Origin: Pseudomonadota bacterium
GTDB taxonomy: Bacteria > Bdellovibrionota > UBA1018 > CAIMNF01
Reading direction: 5' to 3'
Assembly (NCBI GenBank): GCA_027486675.1
Contig: JAIXOQ010000008.1
Span: 7,333-71,332, forward strand
Length of the DNA stretch: 64,000 nt
Below the pieces are notes generated by a model, which saw only the letters and a program-made list of their open reading frames with translations, was not told the origin of the DNA and did no database searches. Position 1 is the stretch's first letter. Each line of letters opens with the position of its first letter. This document shows, piece after piece, positions 1 to 8,522 of this stretch. The position numbers were made by a program, and so were the translations under genes.

Positions 1-320
1 ACGTACGCCTGAGGTTGATTGGTTCCTTGTTTCAAATCTATTGCCGCTGCTTTCGCCAACCGCAGGAATGATGCGGAATGCATATCTACCGTGTTGATAA
101 ATGCGGTTCTCAGTTCATCTGGCATCGATTGAACAACTGCATGCCATTTTAGGTCTTCTTTGAGCACCTCTTGGATTGTGTAATGTAGGCTTTCTGCGCC
201 ATTTGCAGAAAGTTTGCATGCGTTTTGGATTGAGAGCCAAACTGCAGAAGGCTCTTTAGCCTGGACGTTAAGGCTCAACAGTGAAATTGCGAATATTGCT
301 AAGACATAAATTCGAGTCAT
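1..320 (-). CDS. Secreted hypothetical protein, 3' end runs off the window
   Basis: Manual translation from ATG at 320: MTRIYVLAIFAISLLSLNVQA-KEPSAVW..., open to position 1, with a Sec-type signal peptide. Not in the ORF track because it is partial. Confidence 0.75.
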   Translation of the reverse strand, partial: MTRIYVLAIFAISLLSLNVQAKEPSAVWLSIQNACKLSANGAESLHYTIQEVLKEDLKWHAVVQSMPDELRTAFINTVDMHSASFLRLAKAAAIDLKQGTNQPQAY

Positions 321-383
321 GAGATCAACGTTTAAGGCACTCAGTCTAACTAGTAAAGTAGTCAACTAAATCATGTTCTACTC

Positions 384-530
384 AGGTGGTCCCCGTTGAG
401 CGGATCTTGGTATCGAAGGGATTCCAAACGAACCTTTCTTCCCGCAAGCAGCGCTTAGCCTTGCAGCCACCTCCTATCAGTCTTAGGGCTATGTTAACGC
501 GGAGTGACTCAACGTTCATACCTTCCAGGA
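384..530. other. Structured non-coding element (candidate ncRNA or IS-derived non-coding region)
   Basis: Nested inverted repeats: AGGTGG 384-389 / CCACCT 467-472; GCGG 400-403 / CCGC 442-445; hairpin TTGGTATC-GAAGG-GATTCCAA 407-427; CGTTGAG 394-400 / CTCAACG 508-514. Confidence 0.4.
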
Positions 531-977
531 TTTGGGGGTAAGCGCGCTTTGATCGGCTTGGATACACGCGTGACCGTTGATATTAACTTTGTTTGTCTGG
601 ATGAGGTGGAGCCAAATCAGCAGGCGCTTCGGCTGATGGCATTGGCGGAATCCATGGGATTGCCCGTAGAAGTCATCAATCAGGCGGGTAGCTACTTCTT
701 TTCCAAAATTGAGGACGCAAAGGATCACTTGGTTTTGGTCCATGAATCTTCGAAATGCAGGATTTTCAGACCTGACGTCTATTTGTTCTTAGAGCTTAAG
801 TTGGCAAGATTCACAGCGTCGGACTTTGAAGATTGTGTGGTCTTTGCACAAAAGAATGCGGATGAATTCAAACTCCACAAAAAGCAACTCTCTGGCTTGT
901 GTAAAAAAGCGCTAAAAAAAATGACGCCAGAAGCGAAGCAGCGGGCGCTTGAGATGATTCGAATTCTTAAGCTGTAG
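504..977 (+). pseudogene. DUF6036/AbiEii-like nucleotidyltransferase-fold protein, probably 5'-truncated
   Basis: GG...L..R.T.DIN resembles the GGxA...RxTxDID motif, and LKLARF..SD.ED resembles the C-terminal motif. The N-terminus before GG is very short and there is no convincing start or RBS. Confidence 0.45.
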
Positions 978-1063
978 GATGCAAGTTAAAGGGGAGTCCC
1001 TCTCCTGTAGCCCCGTCATACGGACCTCTTGCCACTCTCCCGGGGATCCAGTACTGTCACCGC

Positions 1064-1168
1064 AACTTGGAACTGAGGGAATCCGGTGTGAATCCGGAAC
1101 TGTGCCGCAACGGTTATAGCGGGTGTGCTCATGACATCACTCGCTTAAGTCTGGTCGCTCGCCAAGGA
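1064..1168 (+). promoter_or_regulatory. Cobalamin riboswitch (compact form)
   Basis: Core AGGGAA-TCCGGTGTGAATCCGGAACTG-TGCCGCAACGGT, stem GCGGGTG/CACTCGC, B12-box-like AAGTCTGG, and P1 CTTGG..GAG / CTC.CCAAG. Confidence 0.85.
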
Positions 1169-1208
1169 AGCTCGCGTAAGTAAGAAATTCCCGCGCAGGA
1201 GATTTGTT

Positions 1209-1976
1209 ATGTTTTTTTGGTTCCTGATTCATCTCACCCTAAGTTTTCAGTCGCATGCAGCGCCAGAGACAGATCCCGCACCGACGAGCTTAAATTCCTG
1301 CGCTCTTCACACAGACCCCGATCTGAGAGAGGCCGCAGTGAAGAATACGGAAAGGGCAGCACTCACGGACTTAGATCAATCGTTACACCGTCAGGGGATT
1401 CCAGCGAACGAACGAAAATGGCGCGTAAAACTAGCCATGATGATCGGTGTTAATATTTTAGTCACAACCGGCGTGATGGTGGGCATCCCGGATTCACTTG
1501 TAGTGCTGAAGACTGCGCTTGTATCCACGTGGCAATCCATAACGACCTATTACATCATGGCGTATGGTGCGCCTGCGATTGAGTTGTTTGTATCTAAGCA
1601 CCGCTTACGGTCTTATCAATCGAGTCAGGATGCCACAGCCGCGCTGTCTGATTTAGATGATCTTTATCCTTCCACTCAAGGGAAGATCACTCTCAATGCA
1701 CAGATGATCCGAAATACCATCCAGCAGATGAATATTTATGCCGATCCCCATCTTAAAAGGGCCCGTCGATGTTATGACGCAGGCGACTTAGATCAAGCTG
1801 TCGAAGCAGTCCTTGTCATCCACAAGAGCTTGAAAGATGCCTATCCTGAGATTCCTCTGAGTCAGCGTTTCATTCAAGTTGAGGTCAGGATGGCGCTCGG
1901 GCGGAAAATGCTTGGGGATGAAAGAGTCAGAAAGCGACTCGAAGGCCATGCAGTTATCAATGACTGGTTCCTCTGA
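1209..1976 (+). CDS. Hypothetical exported/membrane protein downstream of the cobalamin riboswitch
   Basis: 255 aa, RBS AGGAGA, signal peptide ending SHA, internal hydrophobic segments. No family recognised. Confidence 0.75.
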   Translation: MFFWFLIHLTLSFQSHAAPETDPAPTSLNSCALHTDPDLREAAVKNTERAALTDLDQSLHRQGIPANERKWRVKLAMMIGVNILVTTGVMVGIPDSLVVLKTALVSTWQSITTYYIMAYGAPAIELFVSKHRLRSYQSSQDATAALSDLDDLYPSTQGKITLNAQMIRNTIQQMNIYADPHLKRARRCYDAGDLDQAVEAVLVIHKSLKDAYPEIPLSQRFIQVEVRMALGRKMLGDERVRKRLEGHAVINDWFL

Positions 1977-2046
1977 GATATCAGCGGGAACATCGCATTG
2001 CTTACACCTCAATGAGGAGTGATAAGATCATTTCTGGGAGGCAAGG

Positions 2047-2979
2047 ATGCAGCCAAAGGCCTATAAACTCGTTAAGACTTTGCTCTGCTGTGCAGTGAGC
2101 CTGATCAGCCACCTCGCACTTGCCGGTCCGAACTCCAAGATTAAACCAGAGCCACCCCTCAGCGCAGAAATGGCTGACTCGCGTGAGTATCAAGGCATGC
2201 GATGGAAAGTGGAGTGCCGTCCAGGTGCATTTGAAGGGCAGGGGTTAAAAGCCCGCATGCTGATGCTGGATTTTGCGGAGCAAGTCTTAAAGGAAGGGTT
2301 AGCGCGACTTGAGCGAATCAATGGGAGTGCTGCATGTCAAATGCGAGAAGAGCTCAAAAAAAAGCCATTCATATTCAAATGTGAAGGCCGTCTTGGAAAA
2401 AAGACTGTTGCGATTACTGCGCCGAGAATACTTGGGCGTATGGGTCTGGCAAAATTCCACTCGAATATTTTAGCGCCAACAGTTGTAAAAACTCTTCTTG
2501 CTGGATCCGGGATAGAAAAACCAAGTTCCGATGAAATCAGAGCTGCAAAAAATACACTCTTTCATGAAATACTCCATGCGGCCGGCGTGGAGAACAAAAC
2601 TCTGCGAGCCCATAGGCGCGTCTACAAATCAAAGACTATGGATCAAGATGTGACCTTCTCTTGCGCAAACTTCATCTTCCCAGATCCGAAAGTGGAGGCA
2701 TGCATCAAGAAGATTGACGGTACGCCGTGTTTTTTTAAGAGCGCAATGTGCGCGACATGCGCTGAGTTTGAGCCCAAAGTGACCAGTTGCCGTAACCAGA
2801 TGATTTATGTCTCGATCAATGGCGCCCCAGTCGGGTGTAGTGATCAGGAAGCAGATCCGACGATGACTCCGGCAGGTTGGCCTTCATCGAAAACCTCAGC
2901 GACTGTACCAGATGCAGTGAATCCAAATCGCGGTCCAGCAAATCCTACTGTAGACGCAGTGGTCGTTCCTGAGCTTTAG
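2047..2979 (+). CDS. Secreted Cys-rich putative zinc metallopeptidase
   Basis: Signal peptide (ALA-G), HExxH motif FHEILHAAG, many Cys, Pro-rich tail. Confidence 0.6.
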   Translation: MQPKAYKLVKTLLCCAVSLISHLALAGPNSKIKPEPPLSAEMADSREYQGMRWKVECRPGAFEGQGLKARMLMLDFAEQVLKEGLARLERINGSAACQMREELKKKPFIFKCEGRLGKKTVAITAPRILGRMGLAKFHSNILAPTVVKTLLAGSGIEKPSSDEIRAAKNTLFHEILHAAGVENKTLRAHRRVYKSKTMDQDVTFSCANFIFPDPKVEACIKKIDGTPCFFKSAMCATCAEFEPKVTSCRNQMIYVSINGAPVGCSDQEADPTMTPAGWPSSKTSATVPDAVNPNRGPANPTVDAVVVPEL

Positions 2980-4247
2980 CGATTCGCCGATACAATCCTA
3001 GAGCGTCCCTTTTCACCCACCATCAGTAAGACCCGCTCGCCTTTGGCAAATGTTTCATCCATTCCTTGCACGACACTCATCAGGGATTTGTTATCGAGCT
3101 CGACCACATACTCAAGTGCATCCTGGGTTTTCAGTGCCTTTTCAGCAAAAGCACCACCCACAGCGCCCGCCACGGCACCAATGAGGGTTCCTGCGAGTGC
3201 GCCTCCGCCACGACCGAAGCGGCTGCCAATCACTGCGCCGCCTACGCCTCCGACGATCGCGCCTGCTTTACTCTTTCCAAGCTCATCTGGGCCCACTCTG
3301 ACCTTTGTAACGTTGAGCACTGTCCCTCTATAAGTTTTAGAAGCCTCGCCCACAGTTCGGTCCGAGTAATGCTTTACGCCTAAGTCTTTTGCACAGCCGG
3401 TGATCAAAGTGAGTAGAAGCACAGCGATGGAAGAGCGTTTCATATTTGTAGCGATCAAGCATAATAAAAGTAGAGCTGCGAATTCCATCCATGCGTCTGG
3501 AAGTTTTCGTTGATCTGAGTCCCCTATGATTTTTTTGGTGGAGATTGGATTTAAGGTGCCGCATCCAAAAAAACCACCCGTTCCTGGTTCAGACCTTGGG
3601 TAAAGATAACTAATCCCATCCATATCATCTTTTGCTAAGGCCAGCTCACGTGTTGGGCCAGTGGAGTAGTACATGAGGGCATTGGTATCTGCTGAATGTC
3701 CCAGACCAAGGACGTGGCCAATTTCGTGCGCAAGGATGACTTTGACTAAAGTTGAGTCTAAGGTCGTGAAGTTAGCTGTACCGCCGGCCTCCGCATTCAG
3801 CACTAAGAATCCACCCACAATCTTTCCGCTCGCTTCAATATTCATCCCGCCCGCAAATCCTGGGATGCTGTTTGCGCTTAGGCCTGAGGTCGTTGAAAAG
3901 GCAGTATCGCAGTAAATAATAGGATTACCTTCAGGCGCATATGCAGTAGCACCTGATCCGATGTACGTCGTGATTGGATTGTTTAAGGTCGTGATCGCAC
4001 CAATAGAAACCTCAAGTGCTGCAGTCGGAACCTCAGCCCAAAGATCAGATGCAGCGGTAACTGCTTCGCGGACCTGCGTTTCGTAAGGGCTGCAGCTGCT
4101 ATCTAAATCAAATGTAATGGAGGATTTTTCCCAACCGGTATTGTTTTGATCCAAAGGCCCTAGTGTAAGAGTAAAAGCTTCCGCACTGCTGTGTGTGATC
4201 ATCGTGAGTACAAGAGCAAATATAGAAGTATGTGGCTTAGTTTTCAT
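2976..4247 (-). CDS. Matrixin (M10-like) metalloprotease fused in frame to a SlyB/Pcp glycine-zipper lipoprotein
   Basis: HEIGHVLGLGHS plus Met-turn ALMY. Then GGFFGCG and a TM segment, then MKRSSIAVLLLTLITGC and a GxxxGxxxG zipper. Probable start is ATG 4247 (ATGA overlap with the upstream gene). Confidence 0.8.
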   Translation of the reverse strand: MKTKPHTSIFALVLTMITHSSAEAFTLTLGPLDQNNTGWEKSSITFDLDSSCSPYETQVREAVTAASDLWAEVPTAALEVSIGAITTLNNPITTYIGSGATAYAPEGNPIIYCDTAFSTTSGLSANSIPGFAGGMNIEASGKIVGGFLVLNAEAGGTANFTTLDSTLVKVILAHEIGHVLGLGHSADTNALMYYSTGPTRELALAKDDMDGISYLYPRSEPGTGGFFGCGTLNPISTKKIIGDSDQRKLPDAWMEFAALLLLCLIATNMKRSSIAVLLLTLITGCAKDLGVKHYSDRTVGEASKTYRGTVLNVTKVRVGPDELGKSKAGAIVGGVGGAVIGSRFGRGGGALAGTLIGAVAGAVGGAFAEKALKTQDALEYVVELDNKSLMSVVQGMDETFAKGERVLLMVGEKGRSRIVSANR

Positions 4248-4843
4248 AGGATCCCCCAACTGACCGTTAGAACCGGACTCAATGCAAATTTTGAAGAAAG
4301 AAACCCTGAGATCAGGAAAGAAGATTCCACTCTGAGTTTGTCCCAGATATAGGCTGCGCCCAGATCCATGTAGAAAATCCTTGAGGTCACCGATTGATCT
4401 GGAAGGCCAAAGGTCGTCGTTGTCGCACCGTTGTTAAGATCTTTCGTCCCCCCTTTTCCTTTGATGTTGTAGAACATCACTCCGGGTCCCAGATGAAAAT
4501 CGAAACTAGATATGCGCGGAGTGACTGCCCTCACTCCAAATGCATAAACTCGAGTCGCACTCCCTCCATCCGGGCTGTCCTTACTGGTGATTGCGTAATT
4601 CAAATTCGGCGAGATCCGGTAAGAGTTCGTGTCACCGATCATCCCGGTGAGGCTCAGTACCGGATAAAGCTCGCTAAAAAAAGGTTTTTCTCCGCTGTCG
4701 GCATCCGTAACGGCAAGGCCTGCGTTACGCACAAAGACTCCGGCGCCTACAAAAAGGTAGGGAGCGTCCTCTGCGGAGGCTTGGATTGAGAATAAGAGAG
4801 TGAGGGTGAAGAGACTGAGTGAGAGTAATGATTTTCTACGCAT
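4244..4843 (-). CDS. Outer-membrane beta-barrel protein
   Basis: Signal peptide (ASA-E), alternating amphipathic strands, C-terminal LTVSWGIL. Confidence 0.7.
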   Translation of the reverse strand: MRRKSLLSLSLFTLTLLFSIQASAEDAPYLFVGAGVFVRNAGLAVTDADSGEKPFFSELYPVLSLTGMIGDTNSYRISPNLNYAITSKDSPDGGSATRVYAFGVRAVTPRISSFDFHLGPGVMFYNIKGKGGTKDLNNGATTTTFGLPDQSVTSRIFYMDLGAAYIWDKLRVESSFLISGFLSSKFALSPVLTVSWGIL

Positions 4844-4942
4844 TTCCCTTCAGTGTCGCTTGAAACCGCCTGCTTCATCAAAAATGCAGTGGTCAGTGGC
4901 TTGACGGCTTGTAAGTTTAAGTTAGGAAACTAGAGTGGAGGG

Positions 4943-5305
4943 ATGTCACAACCCAAATGTCCGAAGTGTTCCCAGGCTGACTCTTATGAAGATGGAAGCT
5001 TGCTGATTTGCCCGCATTGCGGCCATGAATGGATTCCTGGTACACAGTCAGCGCAGGTTGAGGCTTCTGAAGAGTCTCAGGGTAGCGTGATTTTAGATGC
5101 CAATGGCGCGCCACTAGAAGACGGTGACTCGGTGGTCTTGATTAAAGATCTCAAAGTAAAGGGCGCGTCAAATTCGATTAAGGTCGGAACTAAAGTTCGC
5201 TCCATACGCTTAAGACCCGATGCCACCGATGGACATAACATTTCGTGTAAGGTAGACGGGTTTGGTGCCATGTATTTGAAATCAGAGTTTGTGAGGAAGG
5301 GGTAG
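4943..5305 (+). CDS. yjdM: Zinc-ribbon protein YjdM (PhnA family)
   Basis: CPKC...CPHCGHEW, DANG..L.DGDSV..IKDLKVKG, LKSEFVRK. Confidence 0.95.
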   Translation: MSQPKCPKCSQADSYEDGSLLICPHCGHEWIPGTQSAQVEASEESQGSVILDANGAPLEDGDSVVLIKDLKVKGASNSIKVGTKVRSIRLRPDATDGHNISCKVDGFGAMYLKSEFVRKG

Positions 5306-5311
5306 ATAGAA

Positions 5312-6010
5312 ATGCATCAAAAGCTTCTGGTTCTGACTGCGATGCCAGAGGAACGCTTGGCGATTGAGGCTGAACTTCTTCGTTCACAGGGTTCAAATTC
5401 GAAAGTAGATATTCTTGAGTGCGGCGTAGGATCTATCTCTGCTGCTATACGATTGACCCGGTACTTAGAAAAACAGCGACCAGACGCGGTCCTCTTGATG
5501 GGCGTTGCAGGGGCATTGACAACAGATCTTGAGATTGGTGATTTTGTGGTTGCGACTCGCGTGTATCAGCACGACTCCGTGAGTACTTTTCCATTAGGGA
5601 CGTTTTGGATGAATCCCGGACGTTTCATCATTGATCCGATCATGGCTGAGGCCAATGAAAATGCGGGATGGTCATGTGACGCAGCTTTCTTGGATTACTT
5701 TAGAAGCAAACTCAGCGATGAGCCTGTACGCTACGGAGTTTTAGCGTCAGGAGCGGAATTCGTTGCAAGCTATGAACGGAAGCAAGCGATTGCAGATCAC
5801 CCGCCACGACCTATCTTTGTAGAAATGGAAGGAGCGGGTGTTGCAGCAGTGTGTGCTGAGTACGGAGTGCCCTTTTTGATCGCAAAGACCATTGCTGATC
5901 GTTTGAACCCGGATCATTCCATCGCCACCGATTTTTCAAAATGTTTGGAGCAAGCGGCTGCTCATGCTGCACTTATGGTGTCGCGCGTCCTTGCAAGCGA
6001 GCGGGGGTAA
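5312..6010 (+). CDS. mtnN: 5'-methylthioadenosine/S-adenosylhomocysteine nucleosidase
   Basis: AMPEE, CGVG, GVAG, VYQHD, VEMEGA and KTIAD motifs. Confidence 0.85.
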   Translation: MHQKLLVLTAMPEERLAIEAELLRSQGSNSKVDILECGVGSISAAIRLTRYLEKQRPDAVLLMGVAGALTTDLEIGDFVVATRVYQHDSVSTFPLGTFWMNPGRFIIDPIMAEANENAGWSCDAAFLDYFRSKLSDEPVRYGVLASGAEFVASYERKQAIADHPPRPIFVEMEGAGVAAVCAEYGVPFLIAKTIADRLNPDHSIATDFSKCLEQAAAHAALMVSRVLASERG

Positions 6011-6027
6011 GGATATTTTGGTGAGAT

Positions 6028-6684
6028 ATGAAATCGAAAAAATTCTCCTTCAGTGTCGCCATTGCCATCGTCCTTAGCCTCGGATTCGTCTCCACGCAAA
6101 CCTTTGCCGCAACACAGAGCGGGAAAGCTCGAGTCAATTCGAAGAAGTCTTCTAATACCCGTCAGAAAGCTCCAGCGCTGGCCCCTGTTGCTACCGCACC
6201 GTCAAGTAGTGCGCCACTCGACATTCGATTCGCAGCGACAGTTGGGGTCGGGATCGACGATGGAAACTTTGGTTTCGGTGCGGGCTTTCGCGCTGACCTT
6301 CCTGTAAACCTGGAGCAACTGCGCCTTCGTGTCGGTGGGGAGACTGGGATCTATCGCTTCTCAGTAACAGGTGGATCCTTCTTGGTTTTCCCAATTGCAG
6401 TCACAGGCCAATATGTGATCGAAGGAACAACTCTTCCCTTTAAGCCATACGTCAGAGCCGCGATCGGGATCGATATTGTGTCTTTCTCAACCGACGCCTC
6501 GGCAAGTGTGACATTGCCCAACGGGCAAGTCGTGTCGAGCAGTGCATCTTCTTCCAGCACAGAGTTCCATTTTGTGGTGTCCCCAGGCGCGATGATTCCA
6601 GAAACTCAGTTCTTCGCCGAACTTCCTCTCGGGGCCTTTGCCGGCGGATTCCTGATCATGCCAACGGTCGGTTATCAGTTCTAA
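6028..6684 (+). CDS. Outer-membrane beta-barrel protein
   Basis: Signal peptide, basic/low-complexity linker, beta strands, C-terminal PTVGYQF (BAM-type signal). Confidence 0.75.
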   Translation: MKSKKFSFSVAIAIVLSLGFVSTQTFAATQSGKARVNSKKSSNTRQKAPALAPVATAPSSSAPLDIRFAATVGVGIDDGNFGFGAGFRADLPVNLEQLRLRVGGETGIYRFSVTGGSFLVFPIAVTGQYVIEGTTLPFKPYVRAAIGIDIVSFSTDASASVTLPNGQVVSSSASSSSTEFHFVVSPGAMIPETQFFAELPLGAFAGGFLIMPTVGYQF

Positions 6685-7238
6685 ATTTTTGGGTTGAGCG
6701 TTCTTTGGATCGCCCGCCAATTGGGGATGTGGCGATCCATCTCTGCTTTGAAGTCCGGCCCATGATTGTGAATGCGTAAGTGAACGAGCTCATGAACCAA
6801 AACGTATTCCAGACATTCTATATCGAACTGACCGAGCGTTAAGCTGAGAGTGATTTTCTTTCGTCTTGGATTGCAGGTGCCCCAGCGGGTGCGCATGTAG
6901 CGCAGGCTCCATGAGACTTGCTCAATATTCAGTCTTTGCATCCAAGGGTAGAGCAGTTCCGGAACCGCGTTATGAAGCTTTGTGCGCCACATGAGTTTTT
7001 GGAAGCGAAGCCGCTCGGCTGGTTGTAAATGCCGCAGCTCTGGGGGCACCCGAGCCTCCAGAGCTTGATGACGCTTCAGGATCTTCTCCTGCTGTGCATG
7101 GATCCAGTCCTGCTTTTCGGCGAGCATGAGTTCGACCTGGGGCCGGCTCATCCAATAGGGGGCCGAGACTCGGACCTCACCGATGGGGGGATGAATGGCG
7201 ATGCGCACGCATTTAACCCGCTTAAAAGTGATCCTCAT
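6681..7238 (-). CDS. YgjP/DUF45 (M48-like) metal-dependent hydrolase
   Basis: MRTRWGTC, EYVLVHELVHL...NHG..F. Confidence 0.9.
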   Translation of the reverse strand: MRITFKRVKCVRIAIHPPIGEVRVSAPYWMSRPQVELMLAEKQDWIHAQQEKILKRHQALEARVPPELRHLQPAERLRFQKLMWRTKLHNAVPELLYPWMQRLNIEQVSWSLRYMRTRWGTCNPRRKKITLSLTLGQFDIECLEYVLVHELVHLRIHNHGPDFKAEMDRHIPNWRAIQRTLNPKI

Positions 7239-7341
7239 TGATGGTCCTCTCCCCCCGCGCTTAGGGTGACAAAATTCGCATAGAATTCATAGACTTGTGC
7301 CAACACACCTCCTTGCATGTAGAGTGTCAAGGCTATAAAAG

Positions 7342-7370
7342 TTGACCTTTTTTTACGGAAAAGGTAAACC
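7342..7370 (+). promoter_or_regulatory. Putative sigma70 promoter, probably a leaderless transcript
   Basis: TTGACC-17 nt-TAAACC ending 9 nt before ATG 7380, with no SD sequence. Confidence 0.45.
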
Positions 7371-7379
7371 CTTGCAGCC

Positions 7380-8504
7380 ATGCGCTTTTTTACCCTGTCG
7401 CTGTCTATTCTTCTGGTGCTGACCTTGTCGGCGCCGGCAGTTGCACGGACATTCCAGGGTTCCGTCTTTTGTAGACTATATGGGGACGAGTCCCTTACCT
7501 TTCAGCACAAGTTTTTGAAGCGTCCCCTGGTGGTGGAGTTCGCGAAGAACAATCCCGAGTTCAGAGTTGTCCTTGAAGAAAAGACATTCGAGTGGGGACC
7601 GGAAGGATCTTGGATCAATAAGGATCCAAGCCTTGCCTACGCGGTGAGTGTGATCAAAAACTTAAAAAAGCAAGCCAACCTGTTAGGACGTACTCAAAGT
7701 CGGTCACCTGCACAAAAGTGGGAGCTCTTCGAAGCTCTATTTCTTGAGCATACTGAGGCCGTGGATGCCTATATCGCAGAGAAATATCCACACATTCATC
7801 TTTCGTGGCGGAGGTTTACGGCTGTTCTTAAACAGGATCTTGACCGTGAAAAAAGTGAAGGCGTTCAAGAGGCTTCAACATCCACTTTTTCTTTGTGGAC
7901 TTACATTGATTTCTACATCACCCAGTTAGACGCTCTCATTCATCTTCCAAATGTTCAGGCCTTTCAGGTTTCTTTGGCGACCTTGCCTGAGGAGAATGAA
8001 TACACCAGCGACGCCCGCATGCTGATCTACCAGCTTTCGGGCTTATTGCCCGCTAGAATTGAAAAGAAACTTTCTAACCCTGGAAAGTTTTATAAAAAGT
8101 TTAGGACTTATCACGATCACTTGATGAACAAGCCGTCGACTGCCACGCAAGAGCATTATCTTGAAACTTGGATACGTTCGAAGGTTCATGATTTTTTGAT
8201 TGAGATAGACGGGGATCTTTGTTTTGTTAAGGCAAAGGAATTTCACCAGAGAGTCACATTGCAGTACTACTTCGGTGTAGTCGGACCCGCTGCGAAGAAT
8301 CACCACAAGTCGCTGTTGCTTCAAATGAACGAGCTCCACAGTTTTAACGAACTGCTGGGCTACGATAAAGAGCAGCAAAGGACTCGGTTTAAGATCGCTA
8401 CTTATTTTTCCGGCGAATTTGACCCAGAGGTCAAAAAAAAGATCCAAAACAAGAAGTTAATCTGGCTAGATCCCGCCGAGTATTCTGAAAAAATCGAATG
8501 GTAA
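7380..8504 (+). CDS. Secreted hypothetical protein
   Basis: 374 aa, signal peptide (AVA-R). The C-terminus weakly resembles a degenerate PD-(D/E)xK fold. Confidence 0.7.
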   Translation: MRFFTLSLSILLVLTLSAPAVARTFQGSVFCRLYGDESLTFQHKFLKRPLVVEFAKNNPEFRVVLEEKTFEWGPEGSWINKDPSLAYAVSVIKNLKKQANLLGRTQSRSPAQKWELFEALFLEHTEAVDAYIAEKYPHIHLSWRRFTAVLKQDLDREKSEGVQEASTSTFSLWTYIDFYITQLDALIHLPNVQAFQVSLATLPEENEYTSDARMLIYQLSGLLPARIEKKLSNPGKFYKKFRTYHDHLMNKPSTATQEHYLETWIRSKVHDFLIEIDGDLCFVKAKEFHQRVTLQYYFGVVGPAAKNHHKSLLLQMNELHSFNELLGYDKEQQRTRFKIATYFSGEFDPEVKKKIQNKKLIWLDPAEYSEKIEW

Positions 8505-8522
8505 TCGTGTAATGTCTGGTGG

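Noticed and set aside
361-545. HEARO/omega-RNA or TnpB right-end RNA (GTCAAC..., GGAATCCC)
   Set aside because: No IscB/TnpB ORF, and the other conserved motifs and terminal hairpin are missing. Kept only as an unassigned structured element.
988-1046. Possible yybP-ykoY (Mn) riboswitch: AAAGGGGAGT...CGTCATAC
   Set aside because: It lacks the GGGGAGTAG and 3' GAGACC consensus, and no Mn-related gene follows.
7280-7303. sigma54 promoter TGGCAC on the minus strand upstream of the YgjP-like gene
   Set aside because: No GC at the -12 position.
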